From Hypanus sabinus (Eukaryota): 64,000 nt of DNA. The stretch is taken from positions 31,682,001 through 31,746,000 of the forward strand of contig NC_082714.1 of the NCBI RefSeq assembly GCF_030144855.1, read 5' to 3'. A program made the position numbers and the translations under genes. This document shows positions 26,220-39,604 of this stretch, piece by piece; within the stretch, counting starts at the first letter, position 1; each line of letters begins with the position of its first letter. Under the pieces are notes generated by a model, which saw nothing but the letters and a program-made list of their open reading frames with translations, was not told the DNA's origin and did no database searches.

Positions 26220-29200
26220 GATGAAGGCATGTTCAGACGCAGTGACCACTTTGTTCTCTGGATGTAATAGCTCGTCCATTTCCTGTATGTCTTTGTCACG
26301 ACTGGAAAATGCAACTAGTTAAGAAATATACTGTGCACTGCAATTCTACCTCATTAATGAACTGTTGAACTGCAGAGGAGCTCTGCAGTCTGGGCTTATC
26401 ATGCACACCATTGCCTGCTACAGATCTCCGTGAGGATGGCAAAGAAATGAGAAAGGGGAAGACATGTTGTAATTCAGGAACAACTTAAGTTGAAGCCCTT
26501 CAGGCCAGCTCTCCCCTCATTCTTACTGCCAAACATCCGCTCACTTGAAAAACTGGACTACCTGCGCCTGAGACTAAACCTGTGATGGGAAAACCTCTGT
26601 GCACACATTCTCATGGAATTCAGAATCTTCATGAATCCATCCCAGGTGCAGGGATGGATTTCAGTGTGTTTCAGGAATCCAGTGATCTCAGGCAAGACAT
26701 GTGGTGGCAATATCTATATTTACATAAATAAGAACTGGTGTACGGATGCTTTAGCAGTGGTGCCCCATTGTTCACCGATGATTGGGTGCACTTTTGTGGA
26801 GAGCAAACCATTTTATTTACTGAGGGAGTTCACCACAATTGCATGGGTAGCTGTGTATATCAGCACACACCCTCTGCTAATGCCAGCGAGACACTACGTT
26901 GGTGTACAGCGCTATCAGTACTTTCAAACCAAGCACCCTGATGGTATCCTCATTATCACAAGTGATTTTAACCATGTGAACCTAAAGACAACCCTGTCTA
27001 AATTCCACCAGCATGTTGATTTTTCTACCAGAGGTGAAAATACACTAGACCTGGTTTACACTAACATACCAGGTGCCTATAAAGCAGTCCCTCAATCCCA
27101 CATTGGACTCACAGATTGCGTATTTATAATGTTAATTCCAGCATTCAAACCAGTGATCAGACGGGTCAAACCAGTTCTAAAGGTGGTGAAAACATAGTCT
27201 GATGATGCAGTCTCTGCACCGCAGGACTGCTTTGATAATATGAACTGAAGAATATTCAGGGAGGCTGCTACCTATGGCAGCCATGTTAATATTGAGGAAT
27301 ATGTGGACTCTGCGACCAGCTACATAGAGAAATGTAGAGAATGTTACCATCATGAAACACATCCATGTGCGGGCAAATCAGATGCCATGGCTTACTGCAA
27401 AGGTCCGTGCCAGGCTGAGGGATCATGACACACACAAAACACCAGAGGAACTCAGCAGGCCAGGCAGCATCTATGGAAAAGACTATAGTTGATGCTTCCG
27501 GCCTTCATCAGGACTCATGATGCTTTACCAGGATGCTTCACTCCCTGAGATTCAATATCCTCCAGGTCCAGTTTGATGCGCAGAACAACGTGCTGATGAG
27601 GAGGAAACCCCTTCCCCCAGGTGAGCAGATACTCTGTATGACTGAAGCTGAGGTGAGAAAGACCCTGGCCAGGGTCAACCCACACAAAGCTGCGGGGTCC
27701 GAAAATGTACCAGGTCCAGTTCTGAAAGACTCTGCAGCTCAGCTAACGGATATATCAAACATCTCTCTGGAACAATCCATTGTCCCTTTGGCTTTCAAGG
27801 TGGCAACCATTGTTCCAGTGCCAAAGAAGGAGACAGTAACCTGCCTAAATGACTACTGTTCGGTGGCATTAACATCAGCCATTATGAAATGCTTTGAGCA
27901 GCTGGTCCTGGAGCACACTAAAGCCTTTCTCCTGGCTACATTAGACCCTTTCCAGTTCACTTCTCACTCAAGTCGATCCACTGATGATGCAATAGCCTCT
28001 GCTGTCCAATTGTCCTGTCCCAACTAGAAAATGGGGTCTCATATGCCAGACTGCTCTTTATATATTTCAGTCTGGCATTCAACACCATCATACCCCAGAA
28101 ACAGGTGGAAAACTGTCTTCACTGGGTCTCAACACCTCCCTCTGCAATTGGATACTGGACTTCTTAACAGTAAGGCCACAGTCAGACTGTGTGGGTGGCA
28201 ACATCTCTCGTCCCATTCCGTTGAGCAGTCCGCTACTGTTCACATTGCTGACACATGACAGGATCCAGCTCAAACTGTGTCATTAAGTTTACAGGTGCCA
28301 CAACAGTGGTGGACCTTATCAAGAATGATGATGAATGGAGTATAGAGAGGAAGTGGAGTTGCTTGTGTGAGAACAGCCACCTAAGCCTGAACGTGGAGAA
28401 GACAAAGGAAATCACTGTGGAGTTAAGGAAGGTATAGATGAACCATCCCTCTCTGCGAGTACATGGCTCCATGTAGAGAGAGTTATGTGCACTAAATTCC
28501 TGAGATTTCACATGATGGATGACCTCACCTGGTCCCTTAATATTATCTCCCTGAACAAGAAGGCACAGCAGCACCTCCACTTCCTAAGAATGAGGCAGAC
28601 AAGGCTCCAAGCCCCCATTTTAACTGTGTTTTACAGGAGCACCATTGAGAGCTTCCTGACAGGTTGCACCTCCATCTGATATAGGAGAAGTTGAGTATCA
28701 GACCAGAAGTCCCTACAAGGGACTGTGAGAACAGCTGAGAGGATCATAGGGGTCTCCCTAACATCCATTGGAGACGTTTATCAGGAGTGCTGCATATGCA
28801 GGGTCCTTACTATTATTAAGGATTCCACCCAGCCATACAGCATTCTCTTTGACTTTCTACCATCAGGCAGGAGACTCCGATCCATAAAAACAAGAATGGT
28901 CAGGATGAGAAACAATTTCTTCCCCCAGGCCATTAGGCTTCTGAACTCCTGGCTGCATCGTATTCAAAGTGTCGCTGGTTAATCTGTTCTGTACCTTCCA
29001 ATATTTAAAATTTATTGATGTGTGATTATTGATTTATTGATCGTTATTGATGTGTGATTCATCTGTAGATTTATTCGTACCGTCATAAGTTATCGTGTGT
29101 TTTATGTACTACTGTGCTTTACACCCTGGTTCGAAGAAATAGCTCATTTCGATATACGTTGTATGGTTCTTTACATTTTATATATATATATATTCTTTTT

Positions 29201-29222
29201 TAAATGACAATAAACTTGACTT
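26220..29222 (+). mobile_element. Rex1/Babar LINE, near full-length but decayed (APE endonuclease + RT)
   Basis: ORF 26613-27197 (YINKNWC, SDFNH, TRGENTLDLVYTN), 27533-28027 (IVPVPKK, VALTS), 28725-28982 (LPSGRR..NNFFPQAIRLLN); AATAAA plus tail; inserted in a CR1 remnant. Confidence 0.88.
27429..27514 (-). mobile_element. Short Penelope-derived insert with degenerate hammerhead, inside Rex1
   Basis: CACACACAAAA..GGAGGAACTCAGCAGGCCAGGCAGCATCTATGG..CTTCATCAGGAC flanked by TCATGA direct repeats (27423-28, 27515-20). Confidence 0.65.
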
Positions 29223-29496
29223 TGAAATTAACATGCAGATGCAGCAAGTTATAAAGAAAGCAATGAATTATTACCCTTTATTGAAAGGGAAATAGAATAC
29301 ATGTGTACAGAGATCTTGCCACAACTGTGCTGGGCTTTGGTGAACGCTGTATTTACTGTTGGTCTCCATATGTAAGTATACTTAAATATATTGGAGTTAC
29401 TTTAGAGAAGGTTCAAGAGGTTGATTCCTGGAATAGATGGGGGCAGGGGTTGGATGAAGAAAGGTTGAATCTGTATTCAGCAGAGTTTAGACTCAA

Positions 29497-29578
29497 GCAA
29501 CACACAAAAAATGCTGGTGGAACGTACCAGGTCAGGCAGTGTTGCTTGAATTTCCAGCATCTCAGATTTCCTCGTGTG
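29497..29578. mobile_element. Internally deleted palindromic Penelope-derived insert
   Basis: Both terminal arms present; flanking direct repeat AGAGTTTAGACTCAA at 29482-29496 and 29579-29593. Confidence 0.65.
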
Positions 29579-30031
29579 AGAGTTTAGACTCAAATGACCT
29601 TGAAAACATTAGATTCTGAGAGGAAAGTAGAATCAGGACAAAATTTCAGATTAAAGGGAATTTGCTATTTAAGAGGAAGATGAAGAAGACTTGAATCTGT
29701 GAGTTGAAAATATTTGGAATTCTCTACCACAGAGCCTTGGAAATGGAATTACTGAATAGATGGATTTTTAGACAATTGGGGAATTGTGCATAAAGGACAA
29801 GGGGTGGGAAGGTGGCATTGAGTGCAAGATCCTATCATCTATGATCTTATTGATGGGCCATGTGACCTAGTACTGTTCATGTTTCTTATGTCCTCATGAG
29901 ATCAATTTAATAAGAAATGTAAGGTTATTAATGTACCACCCAATGGAAGAGATAGAGATTTAATTAATCAATGGATTAGATTTTCGTATTCCCTATCCAT
30001 TTAACAGCTGAAATGATTTTTTGTGTTTTAG

Positions 30032-30169
30032 GACATGCATCACTTAACAGTATTAAAAGTTTACAGTATAAGCCAGGAAGGATTTTATGCCTGCTACCTT
30101 GTAAGGCATCAGGTCAGAGGAGATCATTCACAAATAAGAACATGATTGTGGAACTTGACAACAACTCAG
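30032..30169 (+). CDS. ECI1: ECI1 exon 2
   Basis: ttgtgttttAG acceptor; GHASLNSIKSLQYKPGRILCLLPCKASGQRRSFTNKNMIVELDNNS; donor CAG|GTAAAT; phases 1/1. Confidence 0.85.
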
Positions 30170-30889
30170 GTAAATACAGAATAATTTGCCTTTGTAAACC
30201 TTTGCAGATATAATGGAGGGTGGGGTGGATTATGGGCTCCCTGCAGAAAGGAACAAGAGAATTTTCAATTGAAAATAAGAAAAGAGTTAAACAGATTGCT
30301 TTGTTTTCGGTTTTCTGCATCTTCCTCTGACAACTAAAGAGCTGGGGGATAAGTGAGAACTGTAAGCTGAAGGATTTTTTTTAAAATGTTACCAGTGAAG
30401 ATGTTGATCTTGAAAACTTAAAAATCCCAAAATTACTAATTTCCCAGAGAGTTTTGAAGGATTGGCCTTAGAGATAGTGAATGGTCTGGATCTTCCATGA
30501 TTCTATAGAAGGGTAATTACTTACCTTTTACTTACTGAATCTCACATCAACTGTGGAACTAAAACAAAATTAAACATGAGGTTATTGATGCCTGAAATTA
30601 TGTGCTAACGTTCAGTGGTAGGGATTGAATCATGTATCTCAAGAAGTCAGAGATTTCCAACTGTGCTGAGTATACAACCATTTCAAGACTGTAGACAGTG
30701 AATTCATTGTAGCAGAAATGGAACAGCTATCGCTATAACTCTATAAATGTTATTAATAGATGTGCAAAGCCTCCTTACCCTCTGGTCAAAATCCATTATT
30801 TGTTTCCTGTTTGCCATCAACTTCTGACTCCCTTTTCATTGCATAAAAGGATGACAAAAAAAACTTTAAAACTTATCATTTATTTTCAG

Positions 30890-31017
30890 CAGTTGCTGTG
30901 ATTAAAATGAAGAGGCCTCCTGTTAACAGTCTAAACCTGGAATTTCTCACAGAGTTTGCAATTAGCCTGGAGAAACTTGAGATGGACCGAAGATGTCGTG
31001 GAGTTATCCTTACTTCT
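30890..31017 (+). CDS. ECI1: ECI1 exon 3
   Basis: AVAVIKMKRPPVNSLNLEFLTEFAISLEKLEMDRRCRGVILTS; donor GTATGT. Confidence 0.95.
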
Positions 31018-31214
31018 GTATGTATGGTCGATCATCCTGGTTAATTTATTCATAGAATAACAGCACTTATTCTATCAGGATTATGCAGGCTTTTAGGTAG
31101 AATGACTAAATTCATTGTGCTCTTTATACAATTCTTTTGTAGACTTCTTTTGTTCCAAGTGAAACATACAAATAATTATCTTTTAAATGTTCTAATTGAA
31201 TCTGTTCTCAACAC

Positions 31215-31800
31215 TGTTATATTTTGTAACTTCAAAACATGAAACTAATTACAAGAAAAAGATGGGAACCTAGGAGAATGTGTCTAGTTTTGTTTTTACT
31301 TTAAGTGAGGCACGCACACATCATGTGGTTGCATCATGACGCATGCAATTCATGTATTTTTACAGTTAACCCATTATAAATTATTTAAACAAAGAATGCT
31401 TACTCAAATATCACTGAAATATTAAATCCACAACACTCCTCCCTGCTTAACTATAAACTCCAACTAAATACACAACATATCTACAGTATACTATACTACT
31501 ATATAGAAACATCCACAGCATAGTCAATTTTAAGTCTTCCCATGCATGCCTAAAGATTTAATTGCTGTGGAGGCTTTGTTACTCTTGTGGGATAATGTCT
31601 TTCCTGACAATGAGAGTGGGTAATTCTGCTTGACAGGAGAGAGTTGTGGCTGTGAAACAATCTCATATTCTGTGGCCCCCTCCATGGTGGTTGTAGGACC
31701 TGGCTCTGGGACTGCAGGAAGTGGTTCTGACAGCTCTGGATAGCTTTCTTCTGGACACGTTGGCATCCCAAGCAGTGCATGGCAAGCTTTACGGGATGAT
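31215..31800 (-). mobile_element. Gypsy LTR-retrotransposon remnant: 3' LTR (31215-31435), PPT (31436-31448), internally deleted integrase
   Basis: LTR TG...CA; minus-strand AAGCAGGGAGGAG abuts the LTR; ORF 31550-31840 has LAMHCLGCQRVQK (integrase zinc-finger half) fused to the ERHYPTRVTKPPQQLNL* pol tail. Confidence 0.8.
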
Positions 31801-32169
31801 GTGAAGCATAATGTGTGAGCAAAGTGTCTGACATAACCATTTATTTTACCTTTTGGAAAGCCACCTCCCACTGCTTTGTGCATTGCCATTTCTTCCGGAT
31901 CTTTAGTAACAAGTTCAAAGGGTGGAGCACAGCAGCCAGCTCCTCATTGGCTGGTGTATTAAGCATATGTTCACACAGTAATGAATCTGTTCCCAAGGAA
32001 CATAGCTTTTTGAATTAATGGAGTGGCCTGAAGAAACAATATGTAAAATAAGGAATTTCACCTTAAAATGAAATCAGTCTAAAGTACAGGTTGATCATAG
32101 TAAGCTTTCTAAGTGTTTGAATTTTTCTACCTTTCATAAGGATGAAATATAATTATGCTTCAATTTTAG

Positions 32170-32316
32170 TCTATCCCCAACATCTTTTCTGCTGGCTTGG
32201 ATATCACTGAGATGTATGGGAAGTCACCGGAGCATACAGGAGAGTTCTGGAGATCTGTTCAGGAAATGTGGTTGAAGTTGTACGGATCTAACTTGGTGAC
32301 CATTGCTGCAATCAAT
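32170..32316 (+). CDS. ECI1: ECI1 exon 4
   Basis: SIPNIFSAGLDITEMYGKSPEHTGEFWRSVQEMWLKLYGSNLVTIAAIN (crotonase FSAGLD oxyanion motif); AG/GTAAGT. Confidence 0.95.
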
Positions 32317-32529
32317 GTAAGTGATCCAATAGTCATTACAATTTGCAAATTGTTTGTTTGGATTGTTATTTATCCTGACATTGTTCATAAAGGAAACAAT
32401 TGAAGTGGAACATGAAATCCTACAGAACCATGTTTATTTAAGAATTTCACATTTATCATTTACTTCAAAAATCAAACAGATTTTAGATCTGTTTGAATGG
32501 ATAATGTCTATCGATAAAGCAACACCAAC

Positions 32530-32930
32530 TTTGATGGACAGGTTATGTCATCCGAGTGCCAAACTCATGTTTCCTCCAACAGATCCTTTACTCCCAGTTG
32601 AAGGAAGGTTATTGAGCCTCTGGTGGGCAAAGGAAATGCTTCAGAGATAACATCAAAATCAGCCTGAAGAAATCCAATGTTACATCTAAAAACTGGGAAT
32701 ATACACTTGGAGGAAATCTGATCAAGAGGGAACTGTGTTACATGAGAGTGACTTCCGCTGTGCTGCAGACAGCAAACCAAAAGACTCAACCACTAACCAC
32801 AGCCACCACTTACTTTTGGCCACACTGCACCAGAATATGTGGACCTTAGTTCAGCCTCTACAGACACCTGAGGACTCATAAATAGACAATCTCTCAAAAG
32901 AACATCATACTCAACTCGAGTGATCACACT
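32530..32930 (+). mobile_element. RTE-clade LINE 3' fragment, decayed
   Basis: QILYSQLKEG and a terminal PHCTRIC...LYRHLRTHK* zinc-knuckle-like end typical of RTE ORFs. Confidence 0.6.
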
Positions 32931-34201
32931 ACTGGGTCCTGAGTACCTGTGCAAAGGGCTATAAAGTGAGGAGAGGTAAAACAAAATTAAAAAATGTCGT
33001 AACTACACCGCAGGTTGGTCTGTATCTGCAGGAAGAGAAATGGTTACTACCTCTATTTAGAGACTCTTCATCAGAACTGAAAAGAAGACAAAAGAAGTTT
33101 GTGAAGCTACAGCAGGGATCAGGGAGTAAGAGGTGACACCAAGCTGATAAGAGGGTGAAACCATAGCGATAAACTGTGAATAAGGTTATTTGAGGTAGCA
33201 TAGAAGTTTGAGGGACTGTTACTCACTTACAAGATAATGGTGGATACCAAAGAAATCAATGAGTTTGCTTTCTTATTCAATCAAGAATGGACTACAAAGA
33301 TATTTTCATAAAGTAATATAAAATGCTGCAGGTGTTGTAAATCTGGTAAAAAGGCACAAATGATGGAAATACACAATTGGTCTGGTAGCATCTGGATAGA
33401 GAGAAATAGATTTAGTATTTCAGATCAAAGACCACTCATTTAATTTCCACATTCCTTCATACTAAGGAAGCTGTTTTGTAAGGCATTGCCTATTAAGTTG
33501 AAAAGCAAAACTTTGGCTGTGTACCTTTAAAACTAGCATCATCCGCCATCAGATTTCTGCGTAGGCATTGATCCCATGTATCCTACGTCACTATTTTTCT
33601 TTCTTGCTCTCTTGTTGCTCTGATATAATATTTTATTAATTTCTTAACATGATTTTCTAGTTTTTCTTTTATTATCATATGCTCCAATGTACTGCTGTCA
33701 CAATGCAACAAATGAAGGGACTGGGAATGTGACTCTCACTAAACACTGATGAGACCAGCCAGGCCCAGGATTAATTGGAGGAAGAGACTGCCAAATTACA
33801 TGGGCAGGTCAGTGAAGTTTTGCCAGTTAGGACAGAGTATACACTGCAGTCATTATTGTCTCGTGAGAGGTCAATGCACAGTATGTTGTGTATTGAACCC
33901 TTTCTGGTCTCTACTGACTCCCACCTGCACACTTTGCAGTTCTTGCTCAGAAATAGACTGAGGTGGTACCCAAGATATTTGCACACCAGTCTCTAAGTAG
34001 AACTTGCATAGCCCTAGACTCAAAACCAAGATTACTATCAAATGAGTCATTCTGTCTTTTGCTTTTAACTCTTCATAGCCGTTCTTGTAAATGGGACTTT
34101 TATTCTTAAAAGTAACAATTGAAAACTTATTAAGTATAACTCAGCTAATGTAGTAGATAGTGGTGCATGTTTTGAAATCGGCATTTCGATTATTATTCTA
34201 G

Positions 34202-34323
34202 GGAGCCAGCCCTGCTGGAGGATGTCTCATGGCAATGGCTTGTGACTACCGCATTATGACAGATAATCCAAAGTATGGGATTGGCCTTAATGAGACAAAG
34301 CTTGGAATTGTTGCACCTTTCTG
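34202..34323 (+). CDS. ECI1: ECI1 exon 5 (catalytic Glu)
   Basis: GASPAGGCLMAMACDYRIMTDNPKYGIGLNETKLGIVAPFW; GLNET carries the ECI1 catalytic glutamate; phases 0/2. Confidence 0.97.
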
Positions 34324-34664
34324 GTACGCAATCAAATATGATTCAGCTAAATATATTATTATTATTATTATTGTGTATTATGTGATTTGTCATGATTCTC
34401 ATTCTCATAATTTGAACTGTGTAATTCTTTGATTCTTGGAGTTTACTTGTCTCCACCATTTATGTGCATAATTCTGTCATGTCTTTCTAACTCTTCAATC
34501 TCCCTTTCCATTTAGTTTGATATTTCCTTTGCTATCCTTTTTCGTGTTTCAAATTTCCTTTGTATTCTGATATCTATAACTCTCTTTCTTGCTTGTTTCC
34601 TTATGGATGTTGTTCCGTTTTGTTCTACTTTCTTCATTCCCAGAATCAGAATCAGATTTACTAT

Positions 34665-37600
34665 AAGACCATAAGATATAAGAGCAGAATTACGCCGTAC
34701 AGCCCATCGAGTCTGCTCAACCATTTCATCATGGTTGATCCATTTCCTTCTCAGCCCCAATCTCCAGTCTTCTCCCTATAACCCTTCATACCTGAATAAT
34801 CAGGAATCTATTAGCTTCTGCCATAAGTATAGCTAATTACTTGGCCTCCAGAGCCACCTGTGATGTCAAATTCCACAGATTTACCACTCTCTGGCTAAAA
34901 TAAATTCCTCTGCATCTCCTTTCTAAGTGGATGTCTCTGTTCTGAGGCTGTGTCCCCTGGTCCTAGACTCCCCCACCATAGGAAATATCCTCTCCACATC
35001 CACTCTGTCAAGGACTTTCAACATTTGATAGGTTTCAATGGGATCACCCCTCATTCTTCTGAATTCCAGTGAGTACAGGCCCAAAGCCATCAATCAGTCC
35101 TCATACGGTAACCCTTTCATTTCCAGACTCACTCTTGTGAACCTCCCCTGAATCCTCTCCAATGCCTACACATTCTTCCTTAGATAAGGGGTCCAAAACT
35201 GCTCAGAATACTCTTGTGTGGCCTTTATAAACCCTCAACATTACATCCTTGCTTTTATATTCTAGTCCTCTGGAAATGAACATGAACATTGTATTTGCCT
35301 TCTTCACCACCAACTCAACCTGCAAATTAACCTTTAGGGAATCCTGTCTGAGGTCTCCCAAGTCCCTTCTAATTTCTGATACTTGAATTTTATCTCCATT
35401 TAAAAAATAGTCTGTGCTTTTATTTCTTTTACCAAAGGGCATGACCATACACTTCCCAACACTGTACTCCATTTGCCATTTCTTTGTCTATTCTCCTAAT
35501 CTATCTAAGTCCTTCTGTAGCCTCTCTGCTTCCTCAACACTATCTGCGCCTCCACCTATCTTTGTACCATCCACAACCGTGGCCACACAGCCATCAATTC
35601 TGTCATCCAGATTATTGACATATAACATAAAAAAAAGCAGTCGTAACATAGACCCCTGGTGAACACCTCTAGTCATTGGCAGCCAATCAGAAAAGGCTTC
35701 CTTTTTTCACTCTCTTTGTCTTCTGCCAGTCAGCCACTGCTTTATCCATGTTAGTGTCTTTCCTGTAATAACATGAGTCCTTAACTTGTTAGGCAGCCTC
35801 GTGTGCAGCACCTTGTCAAAGGCTTTCTGAAAACCCAAGTACACTATATCCACCGATTCTCCTTTGTCTTTCCTGGTTGTTATTTCTTCAAAGAATTCCA
35901 ACAGATGTGGTCAGGCAAGATTTTCTCTTGAGGAAACAGTGCTGACTTTGGCCTATTTTATCATGTGCCTCCAAGTACTCTGAAACCACATCCTTAACAA
36001 TCACATTCAGCATATTCACAACAAATGAAGTCAGACTAACTGGCCTATGATTTCCTTTCTTCTGCCTGTCTCCCTTCTTGAAGAGTGGAGTGGCACTTGC
36101 ATCTTTCCAGTCCTCCGGAACCATCTCATGACTCTTGAAAGATCATTACTTATGCCTCCACAATCTCTTCAGCCATCTCTTTCAGAACCCTGGGGTGTAC
36201 ACTATCAGGTCCAAGTGATTTATCCACCTTCAGACCTTTCATTTTCCCAATCACCTTCTCCCTAGTAATGGCAACTTCATTCTCTTCTGCATCTGGACAC
36301 TCTCGAACTTCTGTCATACTGCTAGAATCTTCCACAGTGAAAACTGATTCAAAATATTTATTCAGTTCGTCTGCCATTGCCTTGTCCCCTATCTTTCTAA
36401 GCAATGCACACAAAATGCTGGAGGAACTCGGCAGGCCAGGGAGCATCTATGGAAGGTGTCTAGGCGACGGTTCAGGCTGAAACCCTTCATCAGGACTAGA
36501 GGGGAAAAAAAAGATGAGGAGTCAGCGTTAGGTGGGGGAGGGAAGGAAGAAACACAAGGTGATAGGTAAAACCGGAAGGTGGGAGGGGTGAAGTAAAGAT
36601 CTGGGGAGTTGTTTGGTGAAAGAAATACAGGGCTGGAGAAGGGAGGAATCCAATAGGAGAGGACAGAAGGCCATGGAAGAACAAAACAGGGAGGAGCACA
36701 AGAGGGAGGTGCTAGGCAGGTAAGGAGATAAGATGAGAGAGGGTAAAGGGAATGGTGAAGGGGGTGGGCATTACTGGAAGTTCGAGAAATCGATGTTTAT
36801 ACCATCAGGTTGGAGGATACCCAGATGGAATATCAGGTGTTGCTCTTTCAACCTGACTGTGGTCTCTTTGAGATAATAGAGGAGGCCATTGACATACATG
36901 TTGGAATGGGAATGGAAAGTGGAATTAAAACGGGTGGCCATGGGGAGATCTTACTTTTTCTGGCAGACGAAACATAGGTGCTTGGGAAACTGGTCTCCCA
37001 ATCCGTGTTGGGTCTCACCAATATACAGAAGGCCACACTGGGAGCACCAGATACAGTAGATGCCCCAACAGGCTCAGAGGTGAAGTGTTGCCTCACCTGG
37101 AAGGACTGTTTGGAGACCTGAATGGTAGTGTGGGAGGAGGTGTAGGGGCAGGTGTAGCACTTGATCTACTTCAGAGTCGGCATCCTTGGAAGAGACTTCA
37201 CAGTGTAGTAGCCTCTAGCTCATTTTCCAGCAGTCCAATATGTACACTCGCCTCCCTTTTACTCTTTGTATATCTGAAGAAACTTCTGGTATCCTCTTTA
37301 ATAATATTGCTAGCTTATCTTCATATTAAATCTTTTCCCTCTTTATGACTTTTTAGTTGCCTTCTGTTGATTTTTAAAAGCTTCACAATCCACTAACTTC
37401 TCACTAATTTTTGCTCAATTGTATACTCTCCTTGGCTTTTATGTTGGCTTTGACTTCCCTCGTCAGCCACAGTTACATCATCCTGCTTTTTTTCTTGTTG
37501 GGAATGTACATATACTGCACCTTCTCAATTGCTCCCAGAATTTCCAGCCATTGCTGCTCTGCTGTCATCCCTGCTTGTGTCCCCTTCGAATCAACTTTGG

Positions 37601-39280
37601 CCAGCTCCTGTCTCATGTCTCTGTAATTCCTTTTACTCCATTGTAACACTGTGGAGTTGACTCGAGCTTCTCCCCCTCAAACTGCAGGATAAATTCTATC
37701 ATATTATGATCACTGGCCCTTAAGTGTTCCTGTACCTTAAGCTCTTAATCAATTCCAGTTCATTGCACAACACCCAATCCAGAATAGCTGATCCCCCAGC
37801 AAGCTCAACCACAAGTTGCTCTAAAAAGCCATCTTTAAGGCATTCTACAAATTCACCCTCTTGGGATCCAGCACCAACCTGATTTTCCCAATCTACCTGC
37901 ATATTGAAACCTTCTTTGACTATCATAACGTTAGGCTTTTGACATGTATTTTCTATCTCCTGTTGCAATTTATAGCTTTCATCTTTGCTACTATTTGGAG
38001 GCATGTATATAACTCCCATTAGGGCCTTTTTTAGCTCTACTCAACAATTCTACATCCACTGGTCGTATGTCACCTCTTCCTGACGATTTGATTTCATTTT
38101 TTGCCAACAGAGTCACCCCACTCCCTCTGCCTACCAGCCTGTCCTTTTGATACAGTGTATCTTTGGATGTTAAGGTCCAAGCTATAATCTTATTTCAACC
38201 AACACTCAGTGATGCCCACAATGTCATACCTGCCCATCTTGAAATGCTCAAAATCCATCCACCTTATTCTGTATACCACGTGCATTCAAATATAACACTT
38301 TCAGTCCTATATTCATCACTCTTTTCTGACTTTGGCCCCTTTTTACATTGCAACTGATCCTGTTGACTGCAATTTTGCCCTATCATCAGCCTGTCTTTGC
38401 TAGCAGTCCCTCTACACTCTGCCTCTGTTTGTAAACCAACTGCTTCATCCACAGCACTATTACTCTTGTTCCCATCCCCCTGCCAAATTAGCCTAAAGCC
38501 TCCCATACTGCTCACGTAAATCTGCCTGCAAGGATATTGGTCCCTCTCGGGTTCAGGTGTAATCCGTTCCTTTTGTACAGGTCGTACTTTCCCCAGCAGA
38601 GATCCTAATGATCCAGAAATCTGAACCCCTGTACCTTGCGCTAGTCCTCAGCCACATATTTATAATGACAAATGCTCCTATTCTTACCCTCACTGGCACA
38701 TGGCACAGGCAGCAATCCAGGGATTACTACCCTAGCAGTCCTGCTTTTCAGCTTTCTACCTAGCTCCCAAAAGTCACTCTTCAGGACCTCCTCACCTTTC
38801 CTATCTATGTCATTGGTGCCAATATGTACCAAGACTTCTGCCTGTTCCCCCTCCCTCTTTTGAATGTTGTGGACCCGATCTGAGACATCCCTTGACCCTG
38901 ACACCTGGGAGGCAACGTATCAACCAGTAGTCTCTATTGCATCCACACAATCTTGTCTCTACCTCAAACTATGGAATCTCCTATCACTACTGCAGTCCTC
39001 TTCAGCTCTCTTCTCTTCTGAGCCACAGTGTTACAGTGCCAGAGACCCAGTCGCTGCGGCTTCCCCGCGATACGTGATCCCCCTCAATAGTATTCAAAAT
39101 GGTATATTTATTACTGAGGGGAACAACCACAGGGATACGCTGTACTGGCAGCTTATCTCCTTCCTTCTCCTGGCAGTCACCCATAACCTGCAACCTAGTG
39201 GTGACTACCTCCCTGTAGCTCCTATCTGTCATTTCCTCAGTCCCCTGTATGAGCTAAATGTCATTGAGCTGCAGCTTGGT
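34665..39280 (-). mobile_element. Near full-length decayed CR1 LINE in ECI1 intron 5 (ORF1 esterase, ORF2 EN + RT)
   Basis: ORF1 VLVHIGTNDI (SGNH/GDSL-like, 38641-38904); EN GVIYMPPN (37720-38019); RT pieces 35203-36446; short tandem-repeat tail at ~34665-34680; split by a Penelope insert. Confidence 0.88.
36398..37163 (-). mobile_element. Penelope-like element (Neptune type): GIY-YIG endonuclease end, 3' UTR and hammerhead motif
   Basis: Across one frameshift: KCYTCPY...HFTSEPVG/GIYCIWCSQCGLLYIGET...LKEQHLIFHLGILQPDGINIDFSNFQ* (37163-36771); hammerhead-like tctagtc CTGATGA A GGG TTTCAG CCT GAAC CG TC gcctaga at 36500-36459. Confidence 0.88.
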
Positions 39281-39425
39281 GCACCAGAAAAGTCGACTAT
39301 GTCTTCGCCTCCCCAGATGCTGCCTGAGTTCCTGAGTTCCTTCAGCAGTTTGTTTTTTCTTGAGCCATTCATTAAATACTGAATGGATTTTAAAGTGTAG
39401 CTTTTTCTCCATGTCACCATCAAAG

Positions 39426-39604
39426 GTTCAAGGACACCATGAAAAGTACTATTGGAAGGAGAGCTACAGAGCATTCTCTTCAACTTGGCATTTTGTACAG
39501 TGCTCCAGAGGCTTTGAAAATTGGACTTGTTGATCGCCTAGTGGCACAAGATAAAATTATGTCTACTGCTTTGAGCACCATGTCTGAATGGTTGACTATT
39601 CCAG
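39426..39604 (+). CDS. ECI1: ECI1 exon 6
   Basis: FKDTMKSTIGRRATEHSLQLGILYSAPEALKIGLVDRLVAQDKIMSTALSTMSEWLTIP; AAG acceptor, GTAAAA donor; phases 2/1. Confidence 0.95.
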
